DNA of 64,000 nucleotides from an uncultured candidatus Porisulfidus sp. (GCA_965215125.1 OZ244052.1:960001-1024000); one strand, 5' to 3'. Counted from the stretch's first letter, positions 42,039-52,615 are shown. The notes: generated from the letters alone by a model not told the origin. Translations and numbers: made by a program.

Positions 42039-44019
42039 CGATTGATTTTATAATGGCTTCAATTCTTTGAATTTGCTTGCTTGCCTTTTCTTGAGCCTCT
42101 ATATATTCTTTATATTGTTTCTCGGCTTGAGATATGATTTCTTGATATGTCGTTACTCTAATACCACTTTCTTGAAGAGTTCTTTTACCTGTTTCCATTT
42201 CATCGGGACTCTCCCAACCAATAGGAAATTCTCCTAGAATAATAACACCTTCCACGATGTTATCTTTTCTACCTGAGTCTTTTAATTCTTTGGAAACAGC
42301 ACTCATATATTCGCGGATTTGTTTTGCTAAATCAAAATGGTTGAGTTTTCTTCCGGGTCTCTTAAGTTCTATCACCACATGTTGTTCGGGTGCTTTTTTG
42401 TATTGAATATCAATTCTTAATTCTTTTATCCTCTCTACTTCTTTGCCGGTTTTATCGTCAAGTTCTTTCCAACGTCTTTTTACCCGTTTTTCCAACTTTT
42501 GTTCTGCACAAGCTCGATCCCAGGAGGGGTCTAATAACCACAAATGATCATATATATGTTCTTGAATAATCTTTTCTAGTTGCTTTTCATCTACATACTT
42601 TTGCAACTTATTTATGATTTCTAGACGCCCTTCGGTTATAGTGTAATAACTCATTGCTTCGATTTCATCTTGATTTCTGAACAATTCTGAGAATTGTTCT
42701 AAATTGTCTAAAGAAACATTGCTCAGAGCGTCTAAATTACCCCTCATACGCATTTGTTCTACAGCAGGCACGAAATGGCGAATTATATCTCTTTTCCTAT
42801 CGCTGTCGTCAAGTGTTGCAGTATATTTAAACAATTTGTTGGTTATTTTTTTAGCATCTTGAGAAAGTTCGTCGTACCATTCTTTTATATCTTTATTTTT
42901 GCCAAGAATATCCTCTTTGGCTCTATCAGTTCTTAATTTGTGCCAATCTCCACATATATGTGTAACTAGACTCCTAATGCTTTCTTTAACATTTTGATAA
43001 CGGTCGTCATTCTGATTTAAGTGTTGTCTGCCACTGGTTGCCATATCTTCTTCATCATCCCTGTCAAGATAATTTGCATGGATTTCTCCTATAAGATATT
43101 TTACGGCAACATCTCCCTTACCTAAGCTGTGTAATATATCCTCTTGGGCCAATCTACCGCGCATCATGATAGCGATATTATTAAAATTCTCGCCGCCGTC
43201 ATCCATTAACTGGTTGACTTCGAATACTGAACCAACCCATCCCGACAACCTGCTACCGTTATCTTTAATCAAATTTTTATCAATATGCTTATGCAAAGAA
43301 TTGCAACAGGCTTTCTTAATTTCCGCTGCTTTGTCTTTATCTCCAAAAGTCCAGAGTTTTTGAATTTTAGAGAAATAATTTCTGTCGCTTACGCTCACCT
43401 CGTCATTATTTACAAAAACCTTGAAATGATACTTATCTCCGATTATCGAGAATCTTCTAGATAGACGTTCTCTTAAATACTTATGTAGCCCCCTTGATTT
43501 ATGTCGAAAACTAGTAAGTTCTATTCTAGTGCCACAATCAAAGTTTATTTCACTATTTATTTCACTTTCATCTAGTTCATTCGGATAGTAATCGTTTTTT
43601 CCCTGAATTGCTTTTTTTATCTCGGGATACGACAATTCAAGCCCAATTTTCTTTCCTTCTTTAACCGAATACACCTTAACTTCATTAGCTATTGAGAATA
43701 GTGCCAATCTACCGATTCCTTTTCTCCCCATAACCGGTCGCTCATATTTTGGTGTTTTCTGTTCATTGGCATCCCGCCGCCGATAACCAATGGTGAGATA
43801 TTTTTTTTGGATGTCATCCCTGTTCATACCGTGACCGTCGTCTTTGATTACGATTTTGTCTTCGCTGGTCAGTATATCGACTCGTTCGGCATCGGCATCC
43901 CATGCGTTTGCTACTAATTCTGCGAGAGCAGCCGGAAATCCGCTGTATAGTTTGACACCTAGGTCGTCAATAGTGCCTAGGCTTACTTTCATGTATAAAG
44001 GTTTTTGCTCTTCAGCCAT
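42031..44019 (-). CDS. GHKL-ATPase / PD-(D/E)xK restriction enzyme (HgiDII/BbrUII-like)
   Basis: ELVANAWDA, DDGHGM, MGRKGIG; C-terminal RID...VIELKRP; operonic with the MTase. Confidence 0.75.
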   Translation of the reverse strand: MAEEQKPLYMKVSLGTIDDLGVKLYSGFPAALAELVANAWDADAERVDILTSEDKIVIKDDGHGMNRDDIQKKYLTIGYRRRDANEQKTPKYERPVMGRKGIGRLALFSIANEVKVYSVKEGKKIGLELSYPEIKKAIQGKNDYYPNELDESEINSEINFDCGTRIELTSFRHKSRGLHKYLRERLSRRFSIIGDKYHFKVFVNNDEVSVSDRNYFSKIQKLWTFGDKDKAAEIKKACCNSLHKHIDKNLIKDNGSRLSGWVGSVFEVNQLMDDGGENFNNIAIMMRGRLAQEDILHSLGKGDVAVKYLIGEIHANYLDRDDEEDMATSGRQHLNQNDDRYQNVKESIRSLVTHICGDWHKLRTDRAKEDILGKNKDIKEWYDELSQDAKKITNKLFKYTATLDDSDRKRDIIRHFVPAVEQMRMRGNLDALSNVSLDNLEQFSELFRNQDEIEAMSYYTITEGRLEIINKLQKYVDEKQLEKIIQEHIYDHLWLLDPSWDRACAEQKLEKRVKRRWKELDDKTGKEVERIKELRIDIQYKKAPEQHVVIELKRPGRKLNHFDLAKQIREYMSAVSKELKDSGRKDNIVEGVIILGEFPIGWESPDEMETGKRTLQESGIRVTTYQEIISQAEKQYKEYIEAQEKASKQIQRIEAIIKSIDV

Positions 44020-44305
44020 AACAAAGTTTTATCCGATTCAAGGGTTCGCCATATTATAGTCTATATATGAGACAACCTTCCGCTAAGCAAGCGTAAGCCA
44101 TAAATTAGGATGTAATCCCAAGTAGATATGTAACTAAAAATGGGGTAATGTCTATGCCATGCAGGGTGCTCTGCTTCTACTGTTCTTTCGCTGTTTAGGA
44201 CGCAATATTTAGATTTTGTAAGAGGTTACGCCACTTGCCCGACTGGAGCAAGTGGCAATTCTATGCAACAAGTGGCAGTGCTATTTGTGCAATGACAACA
44301 CTTTT

Positions 44306-45256
44306 TCAATCGGCGGTTGTATCTTTTAGCTGTTCAATCTCAGTGGTGGATATACCTATCACTTCGGAAATCTCCGAAATCTCGTAACCTTTTTGTAGCA
44401 TGTTCAGAGCGATTTCGTGATTCCTTGCTGTTTTACCTTTGCCCATCCCATCGGCATGCCCTTCTCTCAGGCCTTTCTCATAAAAACCACGCTCTTCCAA
44501 TCTATCATCCAACTTTTGTATCTTTCGCACCATAGAAACTAGGTCTAACCTCCCATCTTTTGATACCTTCTCTAAATGTTCTAGTATCATTTTTGTCTCT
44601 TTGTCTTGTGATAGGTGTGCTACTTCTTCGTCTGTGAGCTCGGACGCTTTCTTCATAATGTAACACCATCTTTCCTGCATATCGACCAGTTCAAAGCAGC
44701 TTTCTTTGAGTTTACTCAATTCCACCATCACCAATCTGGAACGCTGATTGAGCTCGTCATGCGGCTGCCCATCCGAATACCATATCGGTTGGTGTATATA
44801 GTCCGGTGAGTCTTCGAATAAAACGAGATCTTCAAACATCAACACATAGGCTGGTCTCCCTCTGTAAAAAATCCCTCGCTTCGCTAGCACATAGTGAGGC
44901 GGCACTCTATCCAAGAAGTGATCCTCAATAACCGCCGGCATCTCCACATTGACATTTTTGCCACTACTCAATTTCACCTTAAAGTCCAATATGATATGCC
45001 TATTATTCGGTGCCACCGACATTATAAAATCATCTTCCCAGCGTAGTTTGTCGCCCGGTTGATTTTGTTTGATGGTCTTTTGCCTATGGGAGAATATTTT
45101 GTCTAATTCTCTAGGTCTTAGAATGAACACATCCGAGATCTTATCGGTAATAGGCAAGAAACACTCAAACAAGGAGATGAGTACTTGCTTATTGCTCGTA
45201 AAAAACTTTTTGAAAACGGCATCTTGTGTAAGTGATAAATATTTAGTTTGTTCCAT
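44306..45256 (-). CDS. Rpn-family PD-(D/E)xK nuclease, possibly degenerate
   Basis: DAVFKKFF, LD.KV....NVEM, C-terminal EG..EIALNML; AGGAG before the ATG at 45256. Confidence 0.7.
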   Translation of the reverse strand: MEQTKYLSLTQDAVFKKFFTSNKQVLISLFECFLPITDKISDVFILRPRELDKIFSHRQKTIKQNQPGDKLRWEDDFIMSVAPNNRHIILDFKVKLSSGKNVNVEMPAVIEDHFLDRVPPHYVLAKRGIFYRGRPAYVLMFEDLVLFEDSPDYIHQPIWYSDGQPHDELNQRSRLVMVELSKLKESCFELVDMQERWCYIMKKASELTDEEVAHLSQDKETKMILEHLEKVSKDGRLDLVSMVRKIQKLDDRLEERGFYEKGLREGHADGMGKGKTARNHEIALNMLQKGYEISEISEVIGISTTEIEQLKDTTAD

Positions 45257-45364
45257 GATAAATCTCCTAAGTTTTGATTGAAAACTCATAGTGTGGATCA
45301 ATGCTCAATAACCTGAAAAAACATTCCGATGAACGGTAGTAAATATCCGATAAACGGTGTGAGG

Positions 45365-45535
45365 TGTATGATGCCAGATACATATTGGACTCTTTAGAGC
45401 CTAATTTTCCCGCTAGGAAAAGTGCTTTTTCTAGCGGGAAAATACCCTCTAAATTAAAGTAGCCGACATGCAAAACCAGCACAACAGCTTGCTTCCTTTT
45501 GCCCTCATTTGTCCAATATGTCATGGCATCGTACA
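45365..45535. mobile_element. 171-bp MITE-like element
   Basis: TIR TGTATGATGCCAGATACATATTGGAC / revcomp TGTACGATGCCATGACATATTGGAC; another end at 62123-62148. Confidence 0.6.
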
Positions 45536-45625
45536 ATTTATTGACAAATAGAAATTTCCTATTACAATTAGTTTCTATGAAAGAGCAGCTATATATGAAA
45601 ATTCTGGAAAAGTAGAGAAAAAATT

Positions 45626-45850
45626 ATGACGAAAACTCCAATACAATGGATAGTGACCATTCTTGTGATAGTTGGTGCCCTTAACTGGGGAATATTGGGT
45701 TTATCCCAATTATTCGGTTCTAGTGGCTGGGACTTAGTAACATGGTTACTTGGATCTATTCCTGTGCTAAAAAGCCTAGTATTTGTGGTTGTTGGTTTAG
45801 CAGGTGTGTTAGCAATTGTTCAAGTTGCACAGTCCTGTAAATCAGATTAA
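45626..45850 (+). CDS. DUF378 small membrane protein
   Basis: LVIVGALNWGILG...DLV...VGLAG; TTGACA-16-TACAAT at 45541-45568. Confidence 0.8.
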   Translation: MTKTPIQWIVTILVIVGALNWGILGLSQLFGSSGWDLVTWLLGSIPVLKSLVFVVVGLAGVLAIVQVAQSCKSD

Positions 45851-45894
45851 ATGCACGGTTAATTAGACCCTAACTGGTTTATATTCAGGCGGTG

Positions 45895-46203
45895 CCTTCG
45901 CATCACCGTCCTAGCAAATCGTACTGATTAAACGATCATGAGCGATGGCATGAAAGAAATTGCCGGCGATGGCGTATCCGGCATCATCGCTCTAATCTTC
46001 GGACAAGCCCAGAGTAGCAATGACCATGCCAGTATCAAATTCATGCATCTTGGGTTTGATAAAAGCGGGAGGGCGTTGAGGTAAGTGAACTTTGGACTCA
46101 TTTCATTTTTAGGCTTATTCATCACAATTCTGCCTCTGTGGCTTCGCTGAGTTTTTCCATCCTGATACCCGGCTAGAATCGGTGAACCGGTAAATAGCGT
46201 TTG
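45895..46203 (-). pseudogene. Degenerate partial paralogue of the 48334-50205 gene
   Basis: Aligns by eye to ~49380-49690; includes a TGG>TAG stop; truncated by a repeat. Confidence 0.8.
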
Positions 46204-46630
46204 GGGTGGTTGTATCGTGGGGTTGTTGAAAAGGTATCCACGAACTGTAGTGCCGGTACATTCCCCTCCTTTGGAGGGGTGGCAGGCGCAGCCTGACGGG
46301 GTGGTCGCTGGGGTCTTGCACAATGTCACGCTGATTAACCTACTGGCTTAATCGGCAGCTTTGTTCTGCCCGAAACGCGTCACGCCTGCACAATTTATCC
46401 ATCCAATTTATGGAAACCAAAACCATACGGCGCAAGCGGTTGGTGTCGTGCAGAACGGTACTTTAGGGCGGACACACAGGTCCGCCCCTACGGCTTGGTG
46501 GTTATTATAAATTCACGGCGCAAGCGGTTACGGTTGCACGCTGACGATACTTTTTCAACAGCCTCACTGACGCGACCACTCCATGGAAAGGCTTTACATT
46601 TTGTATATATGCTAGAGTTCTACACAATGT
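46203..46630 (+). repeat. Mosaic repeat with a MITE copy (46219-46565) containing nested modules A and C
   Basis: Same TIRs and body as 14727-15055. Confidence 0.85.
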
Positions 46631-47505
46631 CACAGCCGCTCGGCTATTTTTTCTATTTCTTTTTGGTTGGATTGTGGGGTTTGCACTTCAATCGCTTTCC
46701 ATACGCTCAGGTATCCGATTTGGTCAATGATTTCTGTCAATTTTTCTCTGTTAATTTCTCTGTTGTTCTGGAGAAACAGCAATAGTCCGCCGAATATGTT
46801 TTCCGAACTTATATAGCTTTTCCCGCTGTGCATTTTTTCAGAAAATCTGACATAGTATTTTTGGTCTAGAATTTCTAATATCAGTTTGGGTTCCATAATG
46901 TTGGACATTTTATCTGCCCACCGCCATCGCCAGTAAGCCTTTCCGAGAGGAAAGTCATTGAATACGATTTTTTTGCCGCTCGGTGCCGGATTACATATAG
47001 AGCGTAAAACCCGTCTAACACAACCGCCTATTTTCCCTGCATCATCGGATGTTAGGGCATCGTCAATCATATAAATACCCGTGCGATTCGGATTATTAGA
47101 ATCCGATGCCAAAAAAAGCGGCTTAATTTGATCATTCTCGATCATCTTGATAATCACATAACCCCAGAAACCACACTTGTATGCGATTTCATCGGGTAGC
47201 CTCTTAAACGCTTGCCAGATTTTTTCCTGAATATCATAAGGCGGGCGAATGAATTCTTGCTCGGTAAATTTGCGCGTAAAGTTGACCAGTTCACCATCGC
47301 TAGCACTATCCGGCAACTTCTTATGCTTCAGGTGTCTTAGAAAACCATCTTTCCCCGATTTACAAGCAGCGAGAAATTCTTTTTGTTCCTCTAGGCTTTT
47401 GTCCTTGCCTTTCAACAATTTTCTACCAAATTGCCCCCAAGCACCTTCATCAAGTCTTTTGTATTCATTCATCACCGGTTCCCCCCTTAAATACACCCAA
47501 GACAT
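46630..47505 (-). CDS. Hypothetical protein, third gene of the GHKL operon (likely start MNEYK)
   Basis: Overlaps the upstream stop; FWGY and AYWRWRW motifs. Confidence 0.65.
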   Translation of the reverse strand: MSWVYLRGEPVMNEYKRLDEGAWGQFGRKLLKGKDKSLEEQKEFLAACKSGKDGFLRHLKHKKLPDSASDGELVNFTRKFTEQEFIRPPYDIQEKIWQAFKRLPDEIAYKCGFWGYVIIKMIENDQIKPLFLASDSNNPNRTGIYMIDDALTSDDAGKIGGCVRRVLRSICNPAPSGKKIVFNDFPLGKAYWRWRWADKMSNIMEPKLILEILDQKYYVRFSEKMHSGKSYISSENIFGGLLLFLQNNREINREKLTEIIDQIGYLSVWKAIEVQTPQSNQKEIEKIAERL

Positions 47506-48334
47506 AAGGTTTCATTTTGGTGGCCGCTAGGCTCGGGGCAAAGTCCTCGTCCTCCCAATTTTCTCCTGTCTGGCTCTCGAGCATTTGCAGATGGCTCAAT
47601 AGCACGCCGCCTACTCTATCTTTATTTTCTGGATCTAGACTATGCATGTACGCATAAGTGGTACACAATGCCTGAGTAGCGATGGCCCAGCTCATTGACT
47701 CGTCGGTATTGCTTGGTTCTGTCGGGCGGGCTTTTCTCAGTTGATCATAGACATCGCTACCGCATAGCAAAGACACGGGGATCTCACCTTCTCCGGCATA
47801 TTCGCTGACTTCGACTTTCATCTCGCCATCGTCAAGGTCTTCGTCATGAATCAATCTCATTAAATGGTTTATATCACCTTTGGAGAAGGTTAATTTCGAA
47901 CCTATGGCAATGCGGGCGTATTTGGGTATGAAGAGGGACTCGCCCGGCCTCCAAAAGTCTGTCAATCCCGATGAAGCGTTTACCGTAATTTTCACATCTT
48001 CCAGAGCGATGATGCTGGGCATAATTTCCGGAGCATAAGAAAAGTCCATCGGTATGGTTTGCGTGATGGTTATGGCTTCCTCTTGCATGGAGGGGATGCT
48101 TGTGTCATACAAGTGATGTTGCCGCTCGGAACTATCCTTGTAAAGCAACCTAACGGAAAACTGTGCTTTGCCTTGTTCCAGTAAGTTTGAAATGAATGAA
48201 CGACCTTTGAGACTATGTCTTAGGTATAGTTTCCCGTCACCTTGTTCGGCTTTGACTTCGTAGGCGATTGATGCCGGGAAATCACTGCTGTCCTTTCTTA
48301 AGATCGGGAAATCGAGTATTAGATTATCCGGCAT
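47465..48334 (-). CDS. Hypothetical protein, second gene of the GHKL operon
   Basis: TAATG coupling to the upstream gene; 289 aa. Confidence 0.7.
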   Translation of the reverse strand: MPDNLILDFPILRKDSSDFPASIAYEVKAEQGDGKLYLRHSLKGRSFISNLLEQGKAQFSVRLLYKDSSERQHHLYDTSIPSMQEEAITITQTIPMDFSYAPEIMPSIIALEDVKITVNASSGLTDFWRPGESLFIPKYARIAIGSKLTFSKGDINHLMRLIHDEDLDDGEMKVEVSEYAGEGEIPVSLLCGSDVYDQLRKARPTEPSNTDESMSWAIATQALCTTYAYMHSLDPENKDRVGGVLLSHLQMLESQTGENWEDEDFAPSLAATKMKPYVLGVFKGGTGDE

Positions 48335-50205
48335 TATTGCGATCCTTTAGATTTTTTGCGTTGTTTCAATCCTAGCATTGGCGATAAAGCTACTTTCATG
48401 TTTCCGATATCATTCGGTTTTTCAATTTCGGCAATCAAGTCGTATTTAGTATCCTTGCTTAACGAACCCAATTTAATTTGTTTTTTACTATCATCGGAAA
48501 CCTTGATTGCCGTGCCGTTCAATTCGGCTGTTATGAAGTTGAGGTAGGTGCGTTGTTCTTTATCACTATCTTCTCCTAAACCTATTGACAAGTACGCATC
48601 GTCTTTGGCATTTTCTTGTTGTGTGGGAGTAATTCTCAACCGCACTTGCCATTTGCCGCCTTTGTCTATATATCTAACGGCAGTCTTTGACTCAAGCAAT
48701 CTGGAAATAACGATAGGCAAAGCGTGTCCGCCCCCCTCTATTGAGACTTGCTCCTTTTTGACTTTGGGTGGTCTAGTCAATTCGGGCTTGGGAGATGCCT
48801 CCTCTCCTTGACCGTCCGATTTTTTGACGCTACCGACATTTTCTTGGGCTTCACTAGGCACGGTGAATAACGGCAAATCAAAAGAATCTCGCTCTATCTT
48901 TTTCAAATAATCTGCCTTCATCTTTTCGCTTAATTCCTTCAGTAGTTTTTTAAGTTCTTTCTCGTCTTTTTTAATCAGTCCACCTTTCTGCAATTTATTA
49001 TGGTACGGACCTTCGGCATTTTTCACCAACCAGAATAATTTCGGGGCATCTTGTTTATCAATATCAATAATCGCGGTAAAAGGTTCAAAATCAGGGTCTT
49101 TTCTTAGCTTGTCTATGTCCACGGATAGCATGGAGTCGTGGCGTGCGACGACCATCCCGTTTCTAACCAGTATGATGGCGGAATTGGTGTTTTTGTCGCT
49201 TTTGATACACACATGGACCTTATCGGAATTGCTAAGTGCAATGATTTTTTGTGAGCCTTGTTCTTGGAGCGTCTGCCACGCTTGAAAGACCATTTTGCCG
49301 GATAGTATATTGTCTCCCATTGCTTTTTTAACCTCTTTTTTCCCGCCGATCAGTTGTTCAACTCGGTTATCGGAGATTTCCTTCGCATCACCGTCCTTAT
49401 GAATGGTAATGCCTAAACGATCGTGCGCGATGGCATGAAAGAAGTTACTAACGATGGCGTATTCGGCATCATCGCTCCAATCTTCGGACAAACCCAGAAT
49501 AGCAACGACCGTGCCGGTATCAAATTCGTGCATCTTGGGTTCGATAAAATCGGGGGGGTTGTTGAGATAAGTGAACTTTGGATTCGTTTCATATTTGGGC
49601 TTCTCCTTCACAATCCTGCCTCTGTGGCTTCGCTGAGTTTTTCCATCTTGATGACCGGCTAGAATCGGTGAACCGGTATATAGCGTTTTTGGAGTGCCGT
49701 TGTCCTTATACTTGGTAGCATAAAGCACATAGCGAAGCGATGAGAGCGAATAGCTCGATAAATTACCGACCCCGAAAGAACCGCCTGATTTTTCATCACC
49801 TTTAATACTAACGCCTCCTGTCAGTATGGCATCCAGCCGATTTTGCTTCATTCCTATGCCGTCGTCGGCAAACAGCAAGACCTTTAGCTTTTCTTTCTGT
49901 AATGCCTCTTCAATGAGTGCCACCCTTTGCTTTGAGTTTTCATTATAACTGCCCTGTTTTTCTGCCGTTTCAATGGCTTTATGCAAGACTTCTTTGTATT
50001 CTTCAATGTGCGGAATTTGACTCGCCGAGATTGTTTCAATGTATATATTTACTTTACATTCATTATTATGCGCTTCGTGGGAAGCATCCAGAGCATTTTG
50101 CAACAACTCTCTAATCGGATTCGTGTAGCCTTCTTTTTTATCCGCCAAGTCACTTCCGGTAAATCCTTCCATTGGACCGACCCTGAAATAAAGTTCCGAT
50201 GACAT
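48334..50205 (-). CDS. GHKL (HATPase_c-like) ATPase protein
   Basis: RELLQNALDA, DDGIGM, GGSFGVG, GT motif; AGGAGG RBS. Confidence 0.75.
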   Translation of the reverse strand: MSSELYFRVGPMEGFTGSDLADKKEGYTNPIRELLQNALDASHEAHNNECKVNIYIETISASQIPHIEEYKEVLHKAIETAEKQGSYNENSKQRVALIEEALQKEKLKVLLFADDGIGMKQNRLDAILTGGVSIKGDEKSGGSFGVGNLSSYSLSSLRYVLYATKYKDNGTPKTLYTGSPILAGHQDGKTQRSHRGRIVKEKPKYETNPKFTYLNNPPDFIEPKMHEFDTGTVVAILGLSEDWSDDAEYAIVSNFFHAIAHDRLGITIHKDGDAKEISDNRVEQLIGGKKEVKKAMGDNILSGKMVFQAWQTLQEQGSQKIIALSNSDKVHVCIKSDKNTNSAIILVRNGMVVARHDSMLSVDIDKLRKDPDFEPFTAIIDIDKQDAPKLFWLVKNAEGPYHNKLQKGGLIKKDEKELKKLLKELSEKMKADYLKKIERDSFDLPLFTVPSEAQENVGSVKKSDGQGEEASPKPELTRPPKVKKEQVSIEGGGHALPIVISRLLESKTAVRYIDKGGKWQVRLRITPTQQENAKDDAYLSIGLGEDSDKEQRTYLNFITAELNGTAIKVSDDSKKQIKLGSLSKDTKYDLIAEIEKPNDIGNMKVALSPMLGLKQRKKSKGSQ

Positions 50206-50759
50206 ATCTGCCTCCTAACTAGTCTATAAAATCACAAGGGATATAGCTTTCATCCTCCAGATAAAATGATAGTGTAAATGTGCTAATCGTAGCACCTTGT
50301 AATAATGTAGTCAAAGATAAAGTCAATGTGTCCTGTCGGCACACATCGCGTTTACCCATTAATTTATGAAAACCACCATTCCCCTCCTGTGGAGCGCAAA
50401 GCCTGACGGAGTGATTCACAACCGCCTGCACCTCCGCACATGGTTTCCACAAATCAAATAACGAACGACATTAGTGGTATTGGCATGACACATGCGCAGG
50501 GGAGGCAATCCCCCCCTCCCCCCCTACATGTATAAAATGCATTGTGGTTGATTTTCCCTAAATTTCAAACCATAACAAAAAACAACCTTTATACAAATAC
50601 TTGTCGCCCCCACACACTGTATTTTGATTAAAAACTCTCAGTTCATCTCGCATAGGAATCTTGACATAGCACTGATAAATCATAATAATTTCATATTGGA
50701 AGTGCTAATTCTGTGGGAATTAGATATATATATCCTAGGATGATAGAGGACAAATCGCA

Positions 50760-51227
50760 GTGACTACGACAGTATTTAATGTTGCAAATCATATATTGAA
50801 ACGCGACAAAAGATTTGATTTATTGCAGCTAATAAAGCTGTGCTACCTATCGTATGGGTGGTATTTAGCCTACCATGATAAAGAATTATTTGAAGAAAAG
50901 ATTGAGGCATGGAAGTATGGACCTGTTATTCCTGAACTCTACTATGCGTTAAAACATTTTAAGGGGCAGCTATTGCCCGATAATTGTCTTGAAAGCCTTA
51001 TAGAAAATAAAGGAATGACACCTGTTTTCTCTGAGGAAGCAGAGAGTTTAATTGGAGAAGTAGTGGAGGTTTATGGAGATTATAGCGGATTAGAATTATC
51101 TGCTTTGACCCATAAAAGAGGAACACCTTGGTATAACACCTACCATGGGAAAAGCAAACGTCCATGGGTTTATATTCCACGCAATGTAATAAAAGATTAC
51201 TATGATGAATTGAAAAATCGTACCTAG
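50760..51227 (+). CDS. Panacea/SocA (DUF4065) antitoxin
   Basis: QLIKLCY, IEAWKYGPV, LSALTH..TPW. Confidence 0.88.
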   Translation: MTTTVFNVANHILKRDKRFDLLQLIKLCYLSYGWYLAYHDKELFEEKIEAWKYGPVIPELYYALKHFKGQLLPDNCLESLIENKGMTPVFSEEAESLIGEVVEVYGDYSGLELSALTHKRGTPWYNTYHGKSKRPWVYIPRNVIKDYYDELKNRT

Positions 51228-51231
51228 TTAA

Positions 51232-51504
51232 ATGGCCAAGCAAACAGGAAAAATAATTAGTCCTACTGAGGAAGAAATTCGCCCTGAAGGAATTGCGACT
51301 GCAGAAGCTCAACTTGTTGCAGGCGGCAACTATGATGAAAAACCGAGTATAGAATTGCAAAAAAAAGAGGAGAATTTTGTAGAAAGACTAAAAAGTTTTA
51401 TCTATAAGGAAGGAACTTATAACGAAATCACTCCTCCAGCTAGCGAGCTTATCGAAAAACGAATTGATGATATGAGAAAAGTTCAAAAATTAATCAGTTC
51501 TTAA
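51232..51504 (+). CDS. Hypothetical protein directly downstream of Panacea
   Basis: ORF starts a few bases after the antitoxin stop; no recognised motif. Confidence 0.5.
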   Translation: MAKQTGKIISPTEEEIRPEGIATAEAQLVAGGNYDEKPSIELQKKEENFVERLKSFIYKEGTYNEITPPASELIEKRIDDMRKVQKLISS

Positions 51505-51577
51505 ATAATCAATATTTGCCACTTTGCCGCTCATTTTAAATTCCTAGCCTTTGAAAATGAGCCCGCCCCTGTGATTT

Positions 51578-52231
51578 TTGATGCTTGATATAGAGAATCT
51601 AATTTGGACTATACCAGGTGCCACCGGCCTTTTGGTCTATAACAAGATTGTAAATTTGAAGTATCATCAAGCGGAAGGCTGGAGGTATCTTTTGGCGGTT
51701 GTATTTTTTGCTACACCATATTATTTTTTCCCTTCAATACTCCAATATATCCTCTCCTTGTTATCTCTACCAATTGACATATCAAAATCCGGTTTAATTA
51801 GATTAGTTGTCTCTGCGGTTCTTTCTGCTTTTTTGGGTTACTTGCTTGCTTTAGCCCGAAATAAAATACCTGATAATCTAAAATCTAGTCCATTCCATGA
51901 CTGTTGTTTTTTCTGGAAGGATAAAATTTGTCTTTATTACTTTAACCAATGGCAAAGTTTATCTTGCGCAGTTGCTTGATTATACAAAAGATTTAGGAAT
52001 TGAAGCCTCAATTAGGGTAGAACCTTTCACTAGTGGTTATAGGACTAAAAAAGGAAAAGTTCGCTGGACTTTTTTTTATCCAGTCGAGGATATTGCATTG
52101 TATAGGAAAATAGAGAGCATTAAAAACCCGGGTCTCATTATTCCATATAAAGAAATAGTAACTTTCTCTCTTTGAGATAATTCTCGGGAATTCACGGATG
52201 TCCCTAAAGTAGAAAAACATGAAAGGAAGTA
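51578..52231 (+). pseudogene. Frameshifted membrane protein
   Basis: An extra A near 51923 separates ...WKDK from FVFITLTNGKVY; in-frame TGA at 52173. Confidence 0.55.
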
Positions 52232-52401
52232 ACTCTTCAATTCTCTCACGCCAAAACAGGTTTCCTGGCAAGCCAGAATCACGAACAGTGTTGCTGACCA
52301 AGCCGCCGGCATAGGTGCTTTGACACCCTACAATACCATGAAATTTTTCCCCCATTGGTGTAAATAATTGCAATATTACACTTTATAATAGCATTGGAAA
52401 T

Positions 52402-52474
52402 GGTAAGCGTGGTTCAATTGGTGGAGCGCACGATTGTGATTCCTGAGATTATGGGTTGCGCTCTATCGCCTATC
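52402..52474 (+). tRNA. Degenerate tRNA-His(GUG) pseudogene
   Basis: G-1, D arm GTTC..GAGC, anticodon loop TTGTGAT; broken T arm, mismatched stems, no CCA. Confidence 0.55.
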
Positions 52475-52615
52475 TTTTCGGTACTTTTCATTATCAACCA
52501 CGATAAAAGGAGATGTTGATGAAGCGTATACATATCCACGTTGGTGTGGAGAATATAGATAAATTAGTAGAAAATAGTTTTGCCTGCCCTTTACTTTCTA
52601 TTGTGCTTTATCCCA

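Noticed and set aside
45895-49690. Paralogue fragment as a DGR template repeat
   Set aside because: Differences are not adenine-specific and no reverse transcriptase is present in the window
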